From: Catajapyx aquilonaris
Lineage: Eukaryota
NCBI GenBank assembly: GCA_000934665.2
Contig: KZ538913.1
Span: forward strand, 1-40,632
Length of the DNA stretch: 40,632 nt
Reading direction: 5' to 3'
The position numbers and the translations under genes were made by a program. Shown here piece by piece: positions 36,001 to 40,632 of this stretch (positions are counted from its first letter, which is position 1; each line of letters begins with the position of its first letter). A model generated the notes under the pieces. That model was not told the DNA's origin and ran no database searches. It worked only from the letters and a program-made list of their open reading frames with translations.

Positions 36001-38914
36001 AACAGCCACTGACCTCCAGTCTCCGGAGGGGCAGCCTGCTGGACGCCTTTGCCCGCCGATGGCCATTCAAATTACACACATAAAAAACACATCTCTCAAA
36101 TAATCACTTGATTACTCACTCTTTCGGCAATATTTTTTCCTCAACCGAAGCCTGTTCTGATCGCGAATTAACATTCTGGACCATCACTTTTTGCATTTTA
36201 GGAACCAATTATCACAGGATGGGATTGGCACTGTGCCTTTTCGAATCTGCGCACCAGAATGTGATTATCTGCTGAATTTAAGTGGCTCGGTTGCTTATCC
36301 ACCCACCAATTGAAGTCTCCCAATGTTCCTCGGAGGAATTTCCTTTTTCATTTACTGTGGAGGGAAAGGCGATTTCTTCGCCTCTTTGGCGGTCAGGTTA
36401 GCCACGCCTTTGACCCTCCAAGATGATGAAACTATAACCCGGCGGCTGTCACATTGCTTGTCCGTATAACATGCCTAGAGAATCGAGTTTTCCGATCTGG
36501 AAAGTGATTCCGCAGTTTTTTGGGGCTTCAGTCGTCCGTATGGTTTGGACAATCATCATTACCTCCATTGTTTTTGTGAGGAAGCGCCTAATTTCCTTTG
36601 AGCACCACGCCACCGGGTTTGAACCAATGGAAAAGGTTCTTGTGTCGCCTGATCTTCAATCTGGTAATTCCCTGATTTTCTCTCTCTCTCCCCGAGTTAC
36701 TAACCAACCCCTCAATTGTTGCCAATACCATTTGAGGTTATAGAAATTTGAGCCACATGAAAATGATTTTTTCTACGAATTATTATCTTTCGAAATTATT
36801 ACCATAAATTGTTTTTCTACAAGCCGACTCGTGCAGAAAATGACTATATCAACAGGACGACATGCAGTCTATCGCTGTTTTTAACCTGCCAAACAAGAAA
36901 GCAGGATCAATAAGTAACCTCTGTAAGTCGACATTCCAGGGCAAGATCAGGAATTCTCCCCGAGGCCTTTGTAACCCTAAACGCTGATCATGTAGCTATA
37001 CCAGGTGTACGGTTATCTCGTTCTCAGGGCATAAACTGGAGTCGAAGGTGGTACAGAGAAGGAGAAGAAGGTAAAAAAAATTTGCATACCCAGACCGGCT
37101 TCTGGGGGGTCGAATGCTTCAATATTTGCACGCCGATAATAATGATTACACCGGCTAAACAAACAAGCCCTTGCTCATTATGTAGGCGGGTGAGAAAAAA
37201 AGTAAGAATAAAAAAAAACTATAGAACCCGTTTTTCCGATTCAAACAAATCGACGCCTGTGGTCTGCTGTCTTGCCAATATAATGCAAAGTTTGATCGAA
37301 AGGTCACCTTCAGCCCTGTTTTAAGGCTATCACTTCCACTTCCGTCGAGAGTAGATACGCTCTTTTTTATGTGTCAACTTGTATAGCTTCGACAATCCCT
37401 TTTTCATGCGATAACTTGTAGCCGAATTATCGGGTTCAAAAGGGGGTTGGAAGGTGTCCCTAATCGAATTATTTGGAGGACAATGACTTGGTTGATGGAA
37501 AGGGTTTCATTTGGTAGTGTGGGTGAGGTGTCAGGTGTGACGGATAAAACTGGGTTCCATGGGAGACATTGGAGGAGCTCAACTTTGTTCGTTGCTGGGG
37601 GAGGCCATTACGAAACACTTGCATTTTTGCACGCCCGTTTAATCTCACCTCATGGCTTTTCTGATGGTGGCTATTTCATGCTTTACGACCTTGACCTGGC
37701 CAGGAAATGACCGTCAACTCGTGAGGCTGCTATGTAGTGTCAATGACCACTGCACGTGCCCGGGTATTGCATAATTTCGGTTTTAAGTGCGGATTCGGAC
37801 AGCGCGAATCTGATCTGTGAATGTGAGTCACAAGTTCCAGGAGTACGCACCTGAGTAACGGAGTATTTCTGTCACGATTGTCATATATGAGTTAGCCAGA
37901 AGGTAATACTCCACACTGTTCTTGGAAGCTAAGGCCGCGGTCAACTTGTGCTGGTACTTATGATTTATGGAACCAGCCGCCATAATTGGCTTGGATGAAA
38001 CTGGGGAATTCGCGCCTATTGACATTGCGAATTTAGCCACGTTCTGAGAAATCTTGCTAGGAATAGTCATGCATCAGGTAACGACCAAGGTCAGGGTTTT
38101 CTCTCGGGAGCGCACCAGTTCAAGGGAGGGGTATAGTAGGAATAAATGGCTATTCTTCCTTTCTGCAAGAAAACTCCGGATTTCCGGTTGGGAAGTAATT
38201 GTGTCACGGTGTTTCTCGGACAGGGAGTATCTTTTCCGCTGGAACTCTTCGAGACGAATTAGCAGCCCATCTCGGAAACGCGCATGACCTTGGTTATGTA
38301 AGTAGGTGGTGGATCTTATATACCATTGTGCAATGATCATGCCGTGCTTGTTCTAATTATTGGAATGCGCAAACAGAATTTTGAAGAGAGAGTGAGAGAA
38401 AGAGAGAAAAAAAGCTTAATAATTGCGCGGGTTTTCACCTTGTGCAATCTGAAATTGCCATTCGCCTACGCCATGTTAATTGGCCTTAATTTTGCAGTTT
38501 TAATTACCCAGATGCCAAGTGCAGAACATCGCCTGACACACTCCTACCTGATTTGCATTTCCCGCGACCACTCCCAAACGCGTCATCTTTATACGTCGGT
38601 GTGTATATACCGAGTTGCCTGGAGGTACATGGTCGGAAGAAGAACAAAAAGTAATTTTAAAAAGAGAGAAAAGAGGTCGTAGGGTTGCCGAACGATTAGG
38701 CCCACATGCTGGACAATATGGGGTGACACAATACCATGTCTGCTCTACTTCCGTGGTGAGGGAGGGTAATCAGTGAAATTATGTCGTAGGGCAGTTGCTA
38801 GTGTGAATATGTCAGGTTGCTGTTTTATGTGAGCTATTCTACCAGCATGCAACTATGAGATAACCAGTAATCGGGCAAAAAATTATTCGCAAAATATGTA
38901 AAATGGCATCTTAC

Positions 38915-39018
38915 CTCCGACTAATATTCTGCTGCAGAATGTTGCTGAGGAGGACCCACTGTGGTCGAAGACGGTGTGTCAGCAGTGAACCCTGCAATCC
39001 TTATCCACTCCTTATATA
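38915..39018 (-). promoter_or_regulatory. Candidate distal TATA promoter and 72-nt non-coding exon (probably ITP)
   Basis: TATATAAG starting 39018, Inr-like TTCACT with A at 38986 (TATA at -32), donor GAG|gtaaga at 38915. Confidence 0.45.
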
Positions 39019-40173
39019 CCATCCTTTTAAATGAAGCCCATTCATAAACGGCATGTCCCACGGAGAAAGCAATGAGAGGACATCCGAGCGAAATTGGTGC
39101 ACAAATGAGAGGCTGATGGAAACAGCTAATGAAGAAGCAAACAAGTGTATTTTTTTTTACGCCAATGAAATGGCAGGGTATTGAGTGGGTGGTCGAAGGG
39201 TTGCTTGGGGTGATGGAGTGACGGGGGTGATATGTCACATCACCCACAACTTCCCCCTATAGGTTCTCTTACCAGCAGGTGGGCTCAATTGTTGTGGATG
39301 ACCACCCATGGAGAGGTCATCTGATCACACAGCTCAATTAGTTTTATGGCATCAGCAATTTTCGAACTGCGTCACAATTCGCTTGTAGCTTTGCGAAATT
39401 ATTCTACTGTAAATATATTGAAATATTGAACAGATTACACACGTTTCGCAATATTAATTGCAACCACAACCTGACCATTGAAGCTTGTCTATTTTTACTC
39501 ATTAATTACTAGCACGAGTTCCATCTTCCATCGTGTAAGAATGAGAAGAAATAGGGCGTAATCAAGCGGCGGGTCTGCTTGAATGAAACGCAAATGGAGT
39601 GAGGGGTGCTTGTGGGCGACTCATTTCGAGGATCATTTGTCCCACGTGCCCCTAGTGGGGGGGCTTCTGGCCCCGGTCGGGGAGGGGGGGGGGGGTCAGA
39701 TTCGCACTTTTGTCTCGAGTTTCACAGAAATTTGAAGGTGGGGACACTGTGGGTGTCACCCTTTTTTTCTGGGGATCACAGGAGTCGTGGTCATATGATC
39801 AGACCTGCATGAAACTGGGGGCTGTTATTTTGGTCAGGATTTGGTCTGTAACAGAAGAACTGGGCAGGAAATGAGCTTGAGTGTTTAAAGAAGGATGCGG
39901 CTCTCAAATGATACCTTGTGCACAACTTTGAGAGTGGCAACCACCCTGAAATTGATTGAAATTTATGGCCCACGGAATACTGTCACAGGACATGGTAATT
40001 TTCATTTGCATAATGGCATGTTTACGTCTGGTGCTTTCCAGATTTTCTCTTTCATCAGCAGGTACCACGTGATGCTTCTGCGATCAACTTTGTTTTGGCT
40101 TTTTGGCTGGTAAACAAATTGAATGGTTTCCTGCATTAATGATGTTTTTTGTGTATTTTATTTTAGGAGAGAC

Positions 40174-40451
40174 ATGAAGGGAGATGGATTTGAAGGCTGC
40201 TTGCTTACGGCGTATGGCCCACATGATTGCGTCAACGGGGCTTACAGCTGCTCAGGAATACGGTTTTCGAAATTGGATGACATTATGCTGACCCATGGAA
40301 CCCTCTTGGCTCCCTTGGTATCTGAAAGCGAAGTGGTCCATTGGCTGGAGCAGATTCCAGTTGGTCGCCTGCTTCTTGATGACCCTCGAGAAGATGAAGC
40401 TACCACAATGTTTTTTCGGCTCATTGAACGTTATCTCCGGGTGGAAGTCAA
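40174..40451 (+). CDS. TYSND1: First coding exon of a TYSND1-like peroxisomal leader peptide-processing serine protease (gene continues beyond the window)
   Basis: Acceptor tattttattttag at 40166, ATG 40174, donor AA|gtaagt at 40451. GCLLTAYGPHDCVNGAYSCSGIRFSKLDDIMLTHGTLLAPLV resembles the TYSND1 N-terminal pattern GC...SCSG...L-x-HG-x-x-x-x-P as I recall it; not confirmed by a search. Confidence 0.7.
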
Positions 40452-40632
40452 GTAAGTATACTTACACTTGTTAGAAACGACTTTATCATGTTCGTTGAAT
40501 CATTGTGGCAAATATCATTGTACAGAGGGAGCAGGAAATAGTCCAGGTGCTAAGGGACAAATTTGATCCAAACTTTGCATTTTGTGACAAAAGTATGAAA
40601 CTCGGTACACTTGTCCTTTGGACACTTCTGAT

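Noticed and set aside
37828..38340. Two in-frame minus-strand ORFs separated by a single TGA (possible readthrough or selenocysteine)
   Set aside because: No recognisable domain, no supporting splice signals and no SECIS seen; consistent with chance.
1..40632. CRISPR array, operon or prokaryotic defence system
   Set aside because: The sequence is spliced eukaryotic DNA with no regularly spaced direct repeats and no dense ORF packing.

Overview
Eukaryotic, intron-containing genomic DNA from a pancrustacean arthropod (inferred from the neuropeptide sequence), with short N gaps next to G/C homopolymers. Three protein-coding genes are readable. (1) A complete FAAH1-type amidase-signature hydrolase on the minus strand: 5 coding exons, 13764->3794, about 594 aa, with an N-terminal membrane anchor and an intact Lys-Ser-Ser triad. 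(2) A complete ion transport peptide (ITP, CHH superfamily) gene on the minus strand, with the classic alternative 3' exons giving amidated 72-aa ITP and non-amidated 77-aa ITP-like (ITPL). (3) The first coding exon of a TYSND1-like peroxisomal protease on the plus strand at the right edge. Introns and intergenic DNA carry several MITEs, a probable non-autonomous Helitron and microsatellites. The most interesting unexplained structure is a series of up to four candidate minus-strand core promoter + first-exon units over 14 kb upstream of ITP, one with a CRE and an 18-bp AP-1/E-box palindrome nearby. I see no prokaryotic system, CRISPR array or RNA gene, and nothing that is clearly a wholly new biological system; the findings are hypotheses about regulation and isoforms.
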